Source: Nocardioides sp. REDSEA-S33_B3
Lineage (GTDB): Bacteria > Actinomycetota > Actinomycetes > Propionibacteriales > Nocardioidaceae
NCBI GenBank assembly: GCA_001627335.1
Contig: LUPK01000042.1
Span: forward strand, 8,233-72,232
DNA length: 64,000 nucleotides
Direction of reading: 5' to 3'
The position numbers were made by a program, and so were the translations under genes. The notes below the pieces were generated by a model. It was not told the DNA's origin and did no database searches. It saw nothing but the letters and a program-made list of their open reading frames with translations. Positions 9,804 to 19,734 of this stretch are shown here, piece after piece. Within the stretch, counting starts at the first letter, position 1; every line of letters starts with the position of its first letter.

Positions 9804-11900
9804 GTGGAGAACAGCGTCTATGTCGCGTCCGCCGAGGGCTTCACGGGCAAGTCGGCGGTCGCGTTGGCGGTCCTCGACGCCCTGTCTCGCCGGGTGGAGC
9901 GGGTCGGTGTCTTCCGGCCCGTGGTCCGCACCGGGAGCGGGGCCACGGAGCGCGACTACGTCCTCGACCTGCTGGTCTCCCACGACGCGGTGACCCTGGC
10001 CTACAACGACTGCGCCGGCGTGACGTACGACGACGTCCACGACGACCCGGTCGCCGCGCTCGAGACCATCCTCGAGCGCTACCACCGCGTCGCGGACCGC
10101 TGTGACGCCGTGGTGGTGATCGGCTCCGACTACACCGACGTCGCGAGCCCGACCGAGCTCGCGTTCAACGCCCGCGTGGCGGCCAACCTGGGCGCGCCGG
10201 TGCTGCTGGTCCTCAACGCCGCCGGCCGGTCCGTCGCCGACCTCGTCGCGCTCACCGACATGGCCCGCGTCGAGATCACCGGCAACCACGCCCGGCTCTT
10301 CGCCGTGGTCGCGAACCGGGTGACGATCAGCGACCCCGTCGTCCTGGCCGCGGGTCTGGCCGCGGGGCTGGAGGGCCCGGACGCCCCGCTGGTCTACGCG
10401 CTGCCGGACGAGCCGCTGCTGTCGGCGCCGTCGATGGCCGACCTGGTCCCCGCCTGCGCCGGCACGCTGGTGGCCGGCGACCCGGCGCTGATGGACCGTG
10501 AGGTGCTGGGCGTCGTGGTCGCCGGGATGACGATGCCGAACGTCCTCGACCGGCTCACCGAGGGTGCGGTCGTGGTGACCCCGGGGGACCGGCCCGAGGT
10601 GGTCCTCGGCGTGCTGATGGCCCACCTGTCGGCGGGCTTCCCGCAGGTGGCCGGCATCGTGCTCAACGGTGGCATCGCCCTGCCGCGCCAGGTGGTGCGG
10701 CTGCTCGAGGGCTCGGGCGCGACGCTGCCGATCGTCGCGACCGACCTCGGCACGCACGAGACCTCGACCGCGCTCACCGCCGTCCGGGGCCGCCTCACCT
10801 CCGCCTCGCCCCGCAAGATCGCCGTGGCGCTCGCGCTCTTCGCCCAGTACGTCGACGCCGACACGCTCCTCGACCGGCTCGACGTCGCCCGCAGCACCGC
10901 GGTCACGCCGCTGATGTTCGAGCACCAGCTGACCGACGACGCGGTCCGCGACCGCCGCCACATCGTGCTGCCCGAGGGGGAGGAGCCGCGGATCCTGCAG
11001 GCGGCCGACCTGGTCCTGCGGCGCGGCATCGCCGACCTGACCCTGCTCGGCGACCCGGTCCGGATCAGCGCGGCCGCCGCGAGCGCGGGCGCCGACGTCA
11101 CCGGGGCCCGGATCGTCGACCCGTCCGCCTCCGACCTGACCGAACGGCTCGCGGCCGAGCTCCTCGAGCGGCGCCGCCACAAGGGGATGACGGCGGAGGA
11201 GGCGCGGACGACGGTCCAGGACGTGTCGTACTTCGGCACCCTCATGGTCGAGCTCGGCCTCGCCGACGGCATGGTGTCCGGCGCGGTCCACACCACCGCG
11301 CACACCATCCGCCCCGCGCTCCAGGTGGTCCGCACCGTGCCGGGAGTCTCGGTGGTCTCCTCGGTCTTCTTCATGTGCCTGGAGCACCAGGTCCTCGTCT
11401 ACGGCGACTGCGCGGTCAACCCCGACCCTGACCCCGAGCAGCTCGCGGACATCGCGATCTCCTCGGCGGCGACCGCCTCGGCGTTCGGGATCGAGCCGCG
11501 GGTTGCGATGCTGTCGTACTCCACCGGTGCCTCCGGGTCGGGCAGCGACGTCGAGAAGGTCTCGGTGGCCACGGAGCTGGTCCGCACCCGGGCGCCCGAG
11601 CTCCTCGTCGAAGGCCCCATCCAGTACGACGCCGCGATCGACCCCGCGGTCGCGGCGACCAAGCTGCCCGGATCGCCGGTGGCCGGTCGCGCGACCGTCT
11701 TCGTCTTCCCCGACCTCAACACCGGGAACAACACCTACAAGGCCGTGCAGCGCTCGGCCGATGCCGTCGCCATCGGCCCGGTCCTGCAGGGGCTGCGCAA
11801 GCCGGTCAACGACCTCTCGCGGGGGGCGACCGTCCGCGACATCGTCAACACCATCGCGATCACAGCCGTGCAGGCTCAGCGGGGTGGGGTCGCGCAGTGA
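9804..11900 (+). CDS. pta: phosphate acetyltransferase (long form with DRTGG domain)
   Basis: GFTGKS, TPGDR, IVLPEG, GDCAVNP, GPIQYDAA, DLSRG. Confidence 0.96.
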   Translation: MENSVYVASAEGFTGKSAVALAVLDALSRRVERVGVFRPVVRTGSGATERDYVLDLLVSHDAVTLAYNDCAGVTYDDVHDDPVAALETILERYHRVADRCDAVVVIGSDYTDVASPTELAFNARVAANLGAPVLLVLNAAGRSVADLVALTDMARVEITGNHARLFAVVANRVTISDPVVLAAGLAAGLEGPDAPLVYALPDEPLLSAPSMADLVPACAGTLVAGDPALMDREVLGVVVAGMTMPNVLDRLTEGAVVVTPGDRPEVVLGVLMAHLSAGFPQVAGIVLNGGIALPRQVVRLLEGSGATLPIVATDLGTHETSTALTAVRGRLTSASPRKIAVALALFAQYVDADTLLDRLDVARSTAVTPLMFEHQLTDDAVRDRRHIVLPEGEEPRILQAADLVLRRGIADLTLLGDPVRISAAAASAGADVTGARIVDPSASDLTERLAAELLERRRHKGMTAEEARTTVQDVSYFGTLMVELGLADGMVSGAVHTTAHTIRPALQVVRTVPGVSVVSSVFFMCLEHQVLVYGDCAVNPDPDPEQLADIAISSAATASAFGIEPRVAMLSYSTGASGSGSDVEKVSVATELVRTRAPELLVEGPIQYDAAIDPAVAATKLPGSPVAGRATVFVFPDLNTGNNTYKAVQRSADAVAIGPVLQGLRKPVNDLSRGATVRDIVNTIAITAVQAQRGGVAQ

Positions 11901-13099
11901 CCTCCCACGTCCTGGTCCTCAATACCGGCTCGTCCTCGCTGAAGTACCGCCTGCTCGACCCCGGGTCCGGCGAGACCGCCGCGGCCGGCCTGGCGGAGCG
12001 GATCGGCGACCGGTCCGGTGTCGGTGTCCTCACCCACACCGACGCCGCGGGTGAGCGGCACCGCAGCGAGCTCGACCTCCCGTCGCACGAGGCGGCGCTG
12101 AGTGCCGCCCTGGCTGCCTTCGACGAGCACGGTCCGGCCCTGACGACGTCGTCGGTGCGTGCGGTCGGCCATCGCGTCGTGCACGGCGGTGATCGCTTCT
12201 CCGCGCCCGCGCTGGTCGACGACGCCCTGATCGCGGCGGTCGAGGAGCTGGTGCCGCTCGCCCCGCTCCACAACCCCGCCAACCTCGCCGGCCTCCGGGT
12301 CGCGCGCCGGCTCTTCCCCGAGGTCCGGCACGTCGCGGTGTTCGACACCGCCTTCCACCAAACGATCCCGGAGCACGCCTACACCTACGCCGTGCCGATC
12401 GCCTGGCGCGAGGAGCACGGGATCCGACGCTACGGATTCCACGGCACCTCGCACCGCTTCGTCAGCGAGCGGGCCGCGCAGTTGCTCGGCCGACCGGTGG
12501 GCGAGGTCAACACGATCGTGCTGCACCTCGGCAACGGCGCCTCGGCCACCGCCGTCGCCGGGGGAGCCTCGGTCGAGACCTCGATGGGCGTGACCCCGCT
12601 GGAGGGTCTGGTCATGGGCACCCGCTCGGGTGATGTCGACCCGTCCCTGCACGCTCACCTGCACCGGCAGCTGGGCTGGTCGCTGGAGGAGATCGACGGC
12701 CACCTCAACCGCGACTCCGGTCTCAAGGGCCTGACCGGGCAGGGCGACTTCCGCGAGCTCGAGGCCCGGATGGCGGCGGGTGACCCGGCGGCCCAGCTGG
12801 CCTTCGCGGTTTGCTGCCACCGGCTGCGCAAGTACGTCGGCGCCTACTACGCCGTCCTCGGACGGGTCGACGCGATCGCGTTCACCGGCGGGGTCGGCGA
12901 GAACTCCGCCGTCCTGCGGGCGGCCGCGCTGGCCGGGCTGGAGCGGCTCGGGATCGCGGTCGATGCGGCGGCGAACGACGCCCCGTCCCGCGAGGCCCGG
13001 CGGATCTCGCCCGCCGACGGCGAGGTCGCGGTCCTCGTCGTCCCCACCGACGAGGAGTGGCAGATCGCGCGGGAGGCGCAGGCCCTGCTCGACGGGTGA
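11897..13099 (+). CDS. ackA: acetate kinase
   Basis: [51 protein letters not shown]. Confidence 0.97.
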   Translation: MTSHVLVLNTGSSSLKYRLLDPGSGETAAAGLAERIGDRSGVGVLTHTDAAGERHRSELDLPSHEAALSAALAAFDEHGPALTTSSVRAVGHRVVHGGDRFSAPALVDDALIAAVEELVPLAPLHNPANLAGLRVARRLFPEVRHVAVFDTAFHQTIPEHAYTYAVPIAWREEHGIRRYGFHGTSHRFVSERAAQLLGRPVGEVNTIVLHLGNGASATAVAGGASVETSMGVTPLEGLVMGTRSGDVDPSLHAHLHRQLGWSLEEIDGHLNRDSGLKGLTGQGDFRELEARMAAGDPAAQLAFAVCCHRLRKYVGAYYAVLGRVDAIAFTGGVGENSAVLRAAALAGLERLGIAVDAAANDAPSREARRISPADGEVAVLVVPTDEEWQIAREAQALLDG

Positions 13100-13109
13100 C
13101 CTTCGGCCC
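13096..13109 (+). promoter_or_regulatory. DosR/OsdR-like box upstream of phosphoketolase
   Basis: GTGACCTTCGGCCC followed by CTGTCGTGG; very similar to 15629-15651. Confidence 0.55.
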
Positions 13110-13182
13110 CTGTCGTGGGGCCACGCGACGCGGCAGCATGGGTCGCGGGGGGATCCGACGGACGACTTCTCGAGGAGACCAC

Positions 13183-15597
13183 GTGACGCTGGACGATGCC
13201 GAGCTGGCCCGGTTGGACGCCTGGTGGCGGGCCGCCAACTACCTGTCGGTGGGCCAGATCTACCTGCTCGACAACCCGCTGCTCGACCGCCCGCTGGCGC
13301 GGGACGACGTGAAGCCGCGACTACTGGGCCACTGGGGCACCAGCCCCGGCCTCAACCTCGTCTACACCCACCTGAACCGGCTGATCCGTGAGCGCGACGT
13401 CGACGCGATCTTCCTCGCCGGTCCCGGCCACGGCGGACCGGCCGCGGTCGCGAACGCCTGGCTGGAGGGCACCTACTCCGAGCTCTACCCGCGCGTCGGC
13501 CCCGACCGCGACGGCATGCGGGAGCTCTTCCGCCAGTTCTCCTTCCCGGGCGGCATCCCCAGCCACGTCGCGCCGGAGACGCCCGGGTCGATCCACGAGG
13601 GCGGCGAGCTCGGCTACGTCCTCTCCCACGCGTACGGCGCCGCGATGGACAACCCCGACCTGCTGGTCGCCGCCGTGGTCGGCGACGGCGAGTTCGAGAC
13701 CGGGCCACTGGCCGCGTCCTGGCACTCCAACAAGTTCGTCGACCCGGTCCGCGACGGGGCGGTGCTCCCGATCCTGCACCTCAACGGCTACAAGATCGCC
13801 AACCCGACCGTGCCGGCGCGAATCCCGCGCGCGGAGTTGGTCAAGCTGCTCGAGGGCTACGGCCACGAGGTGCTGACCGTCGAGGGCGACGACCCGGCCG
13901 ACGTACACCGCCAGCTCGCCGCGGCGCTCGACACCGCGCACGACACGATCACCGATACCCGCCGCGCGGCCCGCGAGGACGGCGACCTGGAGCGGCGGCC
14001 GAGTCCGATGATCCTGTTGGTCACCCCCAAGGGCTGGACCGGGCCCAAGGTCGTCGACGGCCTGCCGGTCGAGGGCACCTGGCGCGCCCACCAGGTCCCG
14101 CTCTCGGAGACCCGCGACAACGACGCGCACCGCGCCCAGCTCGAGGAGTGGCTGCGGTCCTACCGCGCCGAGGAGCTCTTCGACGAGGCGGGCGTGCTGC
14201 GACCCGACCTCCGCGCCCTCGCGCCCGAGGGCACCCGCCGGATGAGCGCCAACCCGCACGCCAACGGCGGGCTGCTCACCCGTCCGCTGCGGCTGCCCGA
14301 CTTCCGGACCCGCGCGGTCGACGTACCCGCGCCGGGCGCGACCATCCACGAGCCCACGAAGGTGCTGGGGGAGTACCTCGTCGACGTCGTGCGCGACAAC
14401 CCCGACAACTTCCGCATCTTCGGTCCCGACGAGACCGCCTCCAACCGGCTCAGCCCGGTCTACGAGGTGACCGACAAGGTCTTCGCCGGCGAGATCCTCG
14501 ACGTGGACGAGCACCTCGCCCGCTCCGGGCGGGTCGTCGAGATCCTCTCCGAGCACACCTGCCAGGGCTGGGTCGAGGGCTACACGCTCACCGGTCGGCA
14601 CGGGCTGTTCAGCTGCTACGAGGCGTTCATCCACCTGGTCGACTCGATGTTCAACCAGCACGCCAAGTGGCTGAAGACGACCCGGGAGATCCCGTGGCGG
14701 GCCCGGGTGCCGAGCCTCAACTACCTGCTGAGCTCGCACGTGTGGCGCCAGGACCACAACGGCTTCTCCCACCAGGACCCCGGGTTCATCGACCACGTCG
14801 TGAACAAGCGGGCCGAGGTCGTGCGCGTCTACCTGCCGCCGGACGCCAACACCCTGCTGTCGACCATGCAGCACTGCCTGGCCAGCCGGCAGTACGTCAA
14901 CGTCGTCGTCGCGGGCAAGCAGCCGTCGTACGACTGGCTCGACGCCCACCAGGCCGACCTGCACTGCGCCCGCGGCGCCGGCATCTGGGAGTGGGCCTCC
15001 AACGACGAGGGCCGGCCCGACGTGGTCATCGCCTCGGCCGGTGACGTGCCGACCCTCGAGGCGCTCGCCGCCACCAAGATCCTGCGCGAACGGCTTCCCG
15101 ACCTGCGGATCCGGTTCGTCAACGTCGTCGACCTGATGCGCCTGCAGGACGAGGGCGAGCACCCGCACGGCATGAGCCAGCGTGAGTACGACAGCCTCTT
15201 CGGCACCGACGTGCCCGTGGTCTTCGCCTACCACGGCTACCCCTGGCTCATCCACCGGCTGACCTATCGGAGGGCGAACAACGAGCACCTCCACGTGCGC
15301 GGCTACAAGGAGGAGGGCACGACCACCACGCCCTTCGACATGGTGATGATGAACGACATGGACCGCTTTCACCTGGTCATCGACGTCGTCGACCGCACGC
15401 CCGGCCTGGGCACGCGCGCCGCGTCGTTGCGTCAGGAGATGGTCGACCTGCGCCGCGAGGCGCGGCAGTGGACCCGCGACCACGGCGATGACCTGCCGCT
15501 CGTGCGTGACTGGCGGTGGAGCGACGAGGGCGAGCGGCCCGGCGAGGGACGGTCCCCGTCGGTCACGGCGGCCGCTGCCACCAGCGCCGACGCCTGA
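13183..15597 (+). CDS. xfp: xylulose-5-phosphate/fructose-6-phosphate phosphoketolase
   Basis: GHWGT, EGGELGY, TPP motif [31 protein letters not shown]; GTG at 13183 after GAGGAG. Confidence 0.96.
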   Translation: MTLDDAELARLDAWWRAANYLSVGQIYLLDNPLLDRPLARDDVKPRLLGHWGTSPGLNLVYTHLNRLIRERDVDAIFLAGPGHGGPAAVANAWLEGTYSELYPRVGPDRDGMRELFRQFSFPGGIPSHVAPETPGSIHEGGELGYVLSHAYGAAMDNPDLLVAAVVGDGEFETGPLAASWHSNKFVDPVRDGAVLPILHLNGYKIANPTVPARIPRAELVKLLEGYGHEVLTVEGDDPADVHRQLAAALDTAHDTITDTRRAAREDGDLERRPSPMILLVTPKGWTGPKVVDGLPVEGTWRAHQVPLSETRDNDAHRAQLEEWLRSYRAEELFDEAGVLRPDLRALAPEGTRRMSANPHANGGLLTRPLRLPDFRTRAVDVPAPGATIHEPTKVLGEYLVDVVRDNPDNFRIFGPDETASNRLSPVYEVTDKVFAGEILDVDEHLARSGRVVEILSEHTCQGWVEGYTLTGRHGLFSCYEAFIHLVDSMFNQHAKWLKTTREIPWRARVPSLNYLLSSHVWRQDHNGFSHQDPGFIDHVVNKRAEVVRVYLPPDANTLLSTMQHCLASRQYVNVVVAGKQPSYDWLDAHQADLHCARGAGIWEWASNDEGRPDVVIASAGDVPTLEALAATKILRERLPDLRIRFVNVVDLMRLQDEGEHPHGMSQREYDSLFGTDVPVVFAYHGYPWLIHRLTYRRANNEHLHVRGYKEEGTTTTPFDMVMMNDMDRFHLVIDVVDRTPGLGTRAASLRQEMVDLRREARQWTRDHGDDLPLVRDWRWSDEGERPGEGRSPSVTAAAATSADA

Positions 15598-15628
15598 CGG
15601 GGCGGCCCGTACGACGCCCCGAGCATCC

Positions 15629-15642
15629 GGGACCTTCGCCCC
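15629..15642 (+). promoter_or_regulatory. DosR/OsdR-like box upstream of ABC ATPase fragment
   Basis: GGGACCTTCGCCCC; TACGGT -10 at 15666 lies 6 nt before the GTG. Confidence 0.55.
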
Positions 15643-15677
15643 ATGTCGTGGTGTCCGGTCGGGCCTACGGTCGTGTC

Positions 15678-15959
15678 GTGACGACCCCAGCCATCGCGAT
15701 CGAGGGCCTGGCCAAGACGTTCGGGCGGGTCCGAGCGCTCGACGGGCTGGATCTCACGGTGACTCCGGGGGAGACCCATGGCTTCCTCGGGCCGAACGGC
15801 GCCGGCAAGTCCACGACCATCCGGATCCTGCTGGGACTGGTGCGCGCGAGTGGGGGAGCGGTCCGCCTTCTCGGATGCGATCCGTGGAGTGACGCGACCC
15901 CGTTGTGCCTCCCGCACAATCCTCTTCCCGTTAGAGGGCAGGGCTCCCTCTTGCAGTGA
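15678..15959 (+). pseudogene. truncated ABC transporter ATP-binding protein
   Basis: [23 protein letters not shown] Walker A; similarity ends near 15900; no signature motif or Walker B. Confidence 0.85.
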
Positions 15960-16156
15960 GGGCCAGCGCGCCAATACTGACGGTGGCAGGAGTGTGCCGA
16001 GCTCAACGAATCTGAACCGCTCTCGCTTTACTCACGGTTTTCACAGCGGAACGATGACGAACGTTGATGAGCCAGTAGGCCCAAACGGGCGTATCGCCGC
16101 AGGTCAGAGCCGAGTTTGCCAACTATTGCAAAGGAAGTCCGGTGCTCGGCTCAAGA

Positions 16157-16194
16157 CAAGGGGTCGCAGGTTCAAATCCTGTCAGCCCGACCGA
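16157..16194 (+). repeat. att core, right (duplicated tRNA-Pro 3' end)
   Basis: Identical to 5141-5178; the 5' half of the tRNA is absent here. Confidence 0.92.
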
Positions 16195-16199
16195 ACGAG

Positions 16200-16243
16200 A
16201 ACAGCGCCTGACCTGCGGAAACGCGGGTCAGGCGCTGTTTCTG
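16200..16243 (+). terminator. rho-independent terminator-like hairpin after right att site
   Basis: 18-bp stem AACAGCGCCTGACCTGCG-GAAA-CGCGGGTCAGGCGCTGTT followed by a short T-rich stretch. Confidence 0.75.
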
Positions 16244-16464
16244 TCCCAGTCGCGTGCCACACGTGTCCAACGGCATGCGGCCGGGAAGCCATCTGCATCG
16301 GAGAGCCGCTCACAATCCCGGACGTTCGATGGACGCCGGTCGTGGAGGTCGTAGACGGCACCCGGTGCCGGACAGGACCTCCAATCGACCCGTCGGCTCG
16401 CGCTGCCGCCGTGCCTGTGGACGCAGCGAGGCGCGGGAGGACGTGTCCGCATAGCCTTGCCGGC

Positions 16465-17484
16465 ATGACGACATCTCGGGGTCGCCTCGCGGCCGGCCTG
16501 CTCCTGACCTGCGCCCTCGCCACCGGTTGCGGTGGCACCACCGACGAGGAGACGCAGACGTTCGTCCTCGACGACGCCTTCGCCGAGGCGAGCGAGGCGA
16601 CGAGCTACCGGATCACGTCCTTCACCGCGCAGGACCTGTCGTCCTCGCTGATGGGCGTCGACACCGAGACCGAGATCGACGAGGACAGCCCGACGCTCAC
16701 GGCCGAGGTCAGCCCCGAGCTGAGCCACATGACGATGGACCTGTCCGCGATCCTGGGCCCGATGACCGGCGGCGGTGCCGACGTCGGGTTCGAGATGTGG
16801 GTCGGGCCCGAGCGGATCACCGTCGACTCCCGTGACTACGCCGCGCTGAAGGAGGCCAACCCCGAGGCCGACCTCGGCCCCTTCGAGCCCGGCATCTCCT
16901 ACTTCGACCTCGCCGTGGTCCCTGAGGACGACTCCTCGATCGTGGAGCTGATGCTCGGGCAGGGCGTCACCGACCTGCGGCAGCTCTCCGAGGACCTCCC
17001 CGAAGTGCTCAAGGACGTCGAGCGCGACGGCGACACCGTCACCGGCACCGCGCCGTACGCCGAGGTGATGGCGGCCATGGGCGCCGACGTCGAGCAGTCC
17101 TCCCGCAGCGTCGCCGCCGGGCTGGCACTCAACCTGGGCGTCGACGTCGACGACCTCACCGACCTCTACGTCGACTTCTACGAGGCCACTCTCGCCGAGG
17201 TCACCATCGGGCTGGACGAGGACGAGCAGGTGTCCTCGGTGGAGTACACGGCGGACCTGTCCGAGATCTACGTGTCGATCTTCGACCGACCCGAGATGTT
17301 CGACCCGCGGCCGAGCGACGAGGAGCTGGCCCAGGTCGAGGACCTCGCCTCGGACACCGAGTGGGTCATCACCGTCCTGCAGCGCTTCGAGGTCGACGAC
17401 GACCTGGTCGTGGACCCGGCCCCGGAGACCGACGACGACCGCACCGACCAGTGGGTGGCGTTCCTCGAGAACGCCGGCTTCTGA
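16465..17484 (+). CDS. acidic putative lipoprotein
   Basis: Signal peptide with LATGC lipobox; D/E-rich; TAGCCT 7 nt before ATG. Confidence 0.8.
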   Translation: MTTSRGRLAAGLLLTCALATGCGGTTDEETQTFVLDDAFAEASEATSYRITSFTAQDLSSSLMGVDTETEIDEDSPTLTAEVSPELSHMTMDLSAILGPMTGGGADVGFEMWVGPERITVDSRDYAALKEANPEADLGPFEPGISYFDLAVVPEDDSSIVELMLGQGVTDLRQLSEDLPEVLKDVERDGDTVTGTAPYAEVMAAMGADVEQSSRSVAAGLALNLGVDVDDLTDLYVDFYEATLAEVTIGLDEDEQVSSVEYTADLSEIYVSIFDRPEMFDPRPSDEELAQVEDLASDTEWVITVLQRFEVDDDLVVDPAPETDDDRTDQWVAFLENAGF

Positions 17485-17534
17485 TCGGCCCTCAGGCGGC
17501 GAGGATCGGCCCCGGCGGGTGGCGCGGCTGCGGG

Positions 17535-18545
17535 TCAGCGCAGCTCCTGCACGAGCTCGTGCACGTCGCCGTCCACGGTGATGGTGGTGAGCGCTCCGTT
17601 GACCAGGGGCAGGTGCGGCGGGACGTGCCCGATCTCGACGTCCAGGACGAGGGAGACGCCCAAGCGGCCGAGGGCGTCGAGCACCGCCTGCTCCTGGGTC
17701 ATCCGTGGATGGTCGGGCGCGTTGGTGCGGCCGACGAGGATCGCCGAGGCGTGCTCGAACCAGCCGGCCAACCGCAACCCGTGCAGGTGGCGGCATATCG
17801 TCGCGGCACCGTCCTCGGCGGCCTCGACGTAGACGATCAGGCCCTCGTCCGCGTGGGCCTCACCGAACGCGGCGACGTCGCCGTACGGCGTGCCCGCCAG
17901 GTTGACGAGGGTCTCGATGCACCCACCGATGAGCCGCCCGCCGGCCACCAGCGACTCGGCACCGTGCAGCCGCCACCGGCCGCCGGTCACCTCGCGCCAC
18001 TCGGTCGCCCGGGGGTCGCCCTGCCGGGGTTCCCAGTCCGCGACGACACCGGAGTCGCGCTGGACGTGCGGCCCCGGACCCTCCGCGAGCGCCGTCCACG
18101 GCAGCAGCCCCGCCGGCGGCTGGTAGGGGGTGTCGGCCAGGTTGTCGCCGTGGATCGTCGCCCAGCCCAGGCGGGTCGTGATCGGCAGCAGCAGGGTCGA
18201 GATGTCGGAGTACCCGACCAGCCAGGTCGGCTCTGCGGCCGCCAGCGCGTCCCAGTCCAGCCGGTCGACGAGGTCGACCGCGGTCTCACCGCCCCACGGA
18301 GGCAGCACGCACCGGACCGCGGGATCGCAGAACATCTCGGTGAGCTCGGCCGCGCGGCGCTCGGCGGACGCGGACGTGATGCCCGAGCCGTCCATGCAGT
18401 CGCCGACGACGACCTCGAACCCCTCGGACCGCAGCCACTGCACGCAGAAGTCGATCCGGGCGGCGGCCGAGCCCTCGACGCCGGCTGACGGCGACGTCAC
18501 GGCGATCGTGTCGCCGGGACGCAGCGGCGCCGGGTAGCGGATCAT
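17535..18545 (-). CDS. S66 family peptidase (LD-carboxypeptidase/MccF-like)
   Basis: PLRPGDTIAVTSPS, WGG, GYSD nucleophile, GGC, EIGH. Confidence 0.9.
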   Translation of the reverse strand: MIRYPAPLRPGDTIAVTSPSAGVEGSAAARIDFCVQWLRSEGFEVVVGDCMDGSGITSASAERRAAELTEMFCDPAVRCVLPPWGGETAVDLVDRLDWDALAAAEPTWLVGYSDISTLLLPITTRLGWATIHGDNLADTPYQPPAGLLPWTALAEGPGPHVQRDSGVVADWEPRQGDPRATEWREVTGGRWRLHGAESLVAGGRLIGGCIETLVNLAGTPYGDVAAFGEAHADEGLIVYVEAAEDGAATICRHLHGLRLAGWFEHASAILVGRTNAPDHPRMTQEQAVLDALGRLGVSLVLDVEIGHVPPHLPLVNGALTTITVDGDVHELVQELR

Positions 18546-19388
18546 GAGCCCGCCCCCGCGACGAGCGCCGCCGCTCCGGGGTCGTGCGCGGCGACGACCC
18601 GCAGCCCCGGCTCGGCGGCCAGCAGCTCGTTGACGGCCCGCGTGGAGGCCCGCTGCTGCGCGGTGGCGCCGGTGCCGGGGACCCGCTCGTCGGCGAGGAG
18701 CGCGGGGTCGTAGGTCAGGTCGCCGACCACGAGCAGCGGGACGGCATCGGGCCGGCGCACCAGCAGGCTCTGCGAGCCGCGCGAGTGCCCGGGGGGGGGG
18801 CAGCAGGACGAGCGTGCCGTCGTCGTACAGGTCGGTGCCGGTGGTGAACGGGCCCAGCGGCGCTGGCAGCGGTGCCGGGACCACCGGGGTGAACGTGACC
18901 GACGGAGGTGCCACGTGCTCGGGCATCACGCCGTGGGCTGCGGGCTGCTTCTCCTCCAGCAGCGCGAGCTCGTCGGCCGACACGAGCACCCGGGCGTGGG
19001 GGAGCAGACCGATGTTGCCCGCATGGTCCTGGTGCAGGTGGGTGAGGACGACCGTGTCGACGTCGCTGACCGACCGACCGATCCCGCCCAACCGTGCCGG
19101 CAGGTGGTCTGCTGCGTCGACGTCGAAGTCTGCCTGGCGGCGGTACGCCCATCCGAGCACGCCGCCCGGGTGGTAGCCCGGCTCCAGTGACGCCGGGCTC
19201 TGCCCCGTGTCGACCAGCAGCACGCCCTCGTCGTGCTCGACGACCACGACGTTGACCGGCAGCCACGGCGTCCACGAGCGGGAGAAGGCCGTCCACCAGA
19301 GCATCGGTCGCCAGGTGCCGGCGACGTTGTCGGGCCGCACACGGACCCGGCCGACCTGCAGGACGCTGACTCTCGAGACTCGTGGCAC
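18542..19388 (-). pseudogene. N-acyl homoserine lactonase-like metallo-beta-lactamase, frameshifted at a C10 tract
   Basis: LVDTG and THLHQDHAG (HxHxDH); PGHS..VGDL..AAHD continue in another frame after the homopolymer at 18791-18800. Confidence 0.8.
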
Positions 19389-19392
19389 CTGC

Positions 19393-19710
19393 TCATCCTG
19401 CCCCGGAGTCGCCCCGACCCGCCCCCGGAAGGGGTACGCCGGCCGACCACCGCTCCTCGCGCTCGGCGTCGCTCTGCTCCCACCACGGCGTGCCGCGCTC
19501 GCCGAGTGCGACCTTGGCTGCCTGGACGCCCGCGCGGGAGGCGGCCTCCTCGTCGGTGTCCTTGGTGCGACCGACCTCCCGCCGCCACGCCATCAGGAGG
19601 CGGGTCAGCTCGGCGCGGCGCTCCTCGGGGATCGCGGGGTCGGTGGCCCGCCACCGGCGGCCGTCGATGACGACGTAGCGGCCGTCGGGGGTGCGCTCGG
19701 GCTCGCTCAT
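19393..19710 (-). CDS. conserved hypothetical protein
   Basis: Protein-like composition (ERTPDGRY..GRRWRATDP, ALGERGTPWW); co-directional with neighbours. Confidence 0.75.
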   Translation of the reverse strand: MSEPERTPDGRYVVIDGRRWRATDPAIPEERRAELTRLLMAWRREVGRTKDTDEEAASRAGVQAAKVALGERGTPWWEQSDAEREERWSAGVPLPGAGRGDSGAG

Positions 19711-19734
19711 GGGGGCTCGCTCATCGGGGCCCGC

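Noticed and set aside
8214-11387. 1057-aa ORF as a giant ADH fusion
   Set aside because: The upstream ~720 codons are the antisense shadow of pta and the PNPOx gene; the true ADH starts at 9230 with a good RBS.
13321-15483. Long antisense ORFs here and at 19207-21540, 26096-28039, 41685-43808, 56867-58984 and elsewhere
   Set aside because: Expected stop-poor shadows of real genes in high-GC DNA; no recognisable motifs.
5179-16156. Integrase, phage or conjugation genes within the island
   Set aside because: No tyrosine/serine recombinase, Rep, TraB/FtsK or structural motifs seen in any listed frame.
16142-16194. Second tRNA-Pro gene
   Set aside because: Only the 3' half is present, with no D-arm or anticodon loop; it is the right att site.
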